This document shows positions 62,844-64,000 of a stretch of DNA of 64,000 nt, piece after piece. The notes beneath the pieces are model-generated. The model was not told where the DNA came from. It saw nothing but the letters and a program-made list of their open reading frames with translations, and did not search any database. Origin of the DNA: Ruthenibacterium lactatiformans (lineage in GTDB: Bacteria; Actinomycetota; Coriobacteriia; Coriobacteriales; QAMH01); the NCBI GenBank assembly GCA_963614215.1, contig CAVECB010000006.1, forward strand, positions 3,424-67,423, written 5' to 3'. A program made the position numbers and the translations under genes. Within the stretch, counting starts at the first letter, position 1; each line of letters starts with the position of its first letter.

Positions 62844-64000
62844 CTCGCAAAAATCAAGAAAGAACTCAGCACTCCCGACCAGCGCAACGTCCTTGTCTAC
62901 GGAAGACGTCGTGTGGGGAAAAGCGAGCTCATCAAGCAAGCGATCACCGATATCCCAGACAGCACGACAATCTACTATGAATGCCGCCAAACCTCCGAGG
63001 CAGACAATCTCGCAAGCCTCTGCGCCCTTGCTGCCGGGGCGCTCGGCTTTCCTCCGCTCGCTTTTTCGGGCATTCGCGAACTTCTCGAATTCCTGTTCTC
63101 CCAGGCAAAGGACAGGCACGTCACCCTCGTTCTCGATGAATATCCCTACTTGAGGGATGCCGTTAAAGGCCTCGACAGCATCATGCAGACTTCGATTGAC
63201 GCCCACCGCGAGAGTTCCAGCCTGAGCATCGTTTTGTGCGGTTCATACGTCGAAATCATGAAATCGCTTATCGAGCATGAGAGCCCGCTCTATGGACGCA
63301 TCGACCTTGCGCTCGAGCTCAAGCCCATGGATTACTTCGATGCCGCAAAGTTCTATCCCGGCTTCTCGCCCGAAGACAAAGTGCGTCTCTACAGCGTCTT
63401 TGGGGGCATCCCCTACTACAACCGACTTATCGACCAGACCTCGAGCGTGCGCAACAACATCGTCGAGCTGATGACAGAGCCGGGGGCTCGGCTTGAAAAT
63501 GAAATTCCCTCTTATCTTGGTGCTGAAATCTCGAAGATGACCAATGCCAACGAAGTCTTCGGGGCCCTCGCGCAAGGGTACTCGCGCTGGGGAGACGTTT
63601 TAGCGCAGTCCCATGTATCCAGCGGCCCTGCCATGTCCGATGTCTTGGACAAACTCATCTCGCTCGAGCTCGTCCAAAAGCGCGCGCCCATCAACGATCC
63701 CGCCAACAAACGCAAGTCCGGCTATTTCGTGATCGACCCGCTCTCTCTTTTCTACTACCGTTACGTCTTTCGAAACGCATCGGCGCGGCGGCTGCTCGAT
63801 CCCGAGGTCTTCTACAATCGCTACGTCTCGAAGGACTTCGAGGAGAACTACGTTCCCCATATGTTCGAGGAGGTCTGCCGTCAGTACCTCGTGCGACAAA
63901 ACCGTGCGGGCAGCATCGAGCCTGCCTTCGACGCCATCGGCAAATACTGGTACGACGATCCTGCAAACAAGGCGAGCGGCGAGTTCGACGTGGTAACGCA
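62817..64000 (+). CDS. AAA ATPase (archaeal-ATPase/DUF234-like), 3' end beyond the window
   Basis: Not in the ORF track because it is open-ended. I translated 62817-64000 without any stop codon: MEFIGRERELAKIKKELSTPDQRNVLVYGRRRVGKSELIKQ... (Walker A), VTLVLDEYPYL (Walker B), ...FGGIPYY... Confidence 0.8.
   Translation, partial: MEFIGRERELAKIKKELSTPDQRNVLVYGRRRVGKSELIKQAITDIPDSTTIYYECRQTSEADNLASLCALAAGALGFPPLAFSGIRELLEFLFSQAKDRHVTLVLDEYPYLRDAVKGLDSIMQTSIDAHRESSSLSIVLCGSYVEIMKSLIEHESPLYGRIDLALELKPMDYFDAAKFYPGFSPEDKVRLYSVFGGIPYYNRLIDQTSSVRNNIVELMTEPGARLENEIPSYLGAEISKMTNANEVFGALAQGYSRWGDVLAQSHVSSGPAMSDVLDKLISLELVQKRAPINDPANKRKSGYFVIDPLSLFYYRYVFRNASARRLLDPEVFYNRYVSKDFEENYVPHMFEEVCRQYLVRQNRAGSIEPAFDAIGKYWYDDPANKASGEFDVVT

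Overview
High-GC bacterial chromosome segment. The gene content suggests an anaerobic, monoderm Actinomycetota/Coriobacteriia-like organism; that taxon call is inference only.

Layout:
- 1-11.8 kb: minus-strand ribosomal superoperon rplC...rplO-secY-adk-map, with 22 r-protein genes. rpsJ is absent.
- 12.2-17.8 kb: System I cytochrome c maturation cluster ccmE-F-A-B-C-D on the same strand. Its CcmE is a CxxxY variant with a tandem domain, and there is no ccmG or ccmH.
- 18.1-19.9 kb: soluble GAF-HisKA_3 kinase plus a NarL-type regulator.
- 20.0-25.3 kb: nap-like nitrate reductase cluster (multihaem cytochrome c, napG, napA, napD, napH). napB is absent.
- 25.5-31.7 kb: arginine cluster argJ-B-D-F-argR-argG, with no argC.
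- 31.8-47.6 kb: ackA, a HIT protein, xseAB, a Zn peptidase, a ClC channel, an amidase with two zinc-ribbon envelope proteins, an MFS pump, a PIN/RHH toxin-antitoxin pair, a reverse rubrerythrin, an unknown polytopic membrane protein and a SpoU methyltransferase.
- 47.6-64 kb: accessory, island-like region.

The island carries three orphan AAA ATPase genes, each preceded by its own repeat or palindrome architecture. It also holds HxlR/OsmC/cupin/transporter genes, a LytTR+DUF3021 pair, and a decayed type I R-M locus with an intact Fic gene and an MBL hydrolase bracketed by 65-bp direct repeats.

The most unusual element is a three-gene cassette at 56.9-59.7 kb: a ClpP-like peptidase, a TM-less VirD4/TraG-like ATPase and a PD-(D/E)xK nuclease. 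I cannot assign it to any named system, and I rank it the best candidate for something new.

No rRNA, tRNA, CRISPR array or transposase was recognised. Many long ORFs in the track are antisense shadows typical of high-GC DNA. All family assignments come from motif reading by eye, not from searches.
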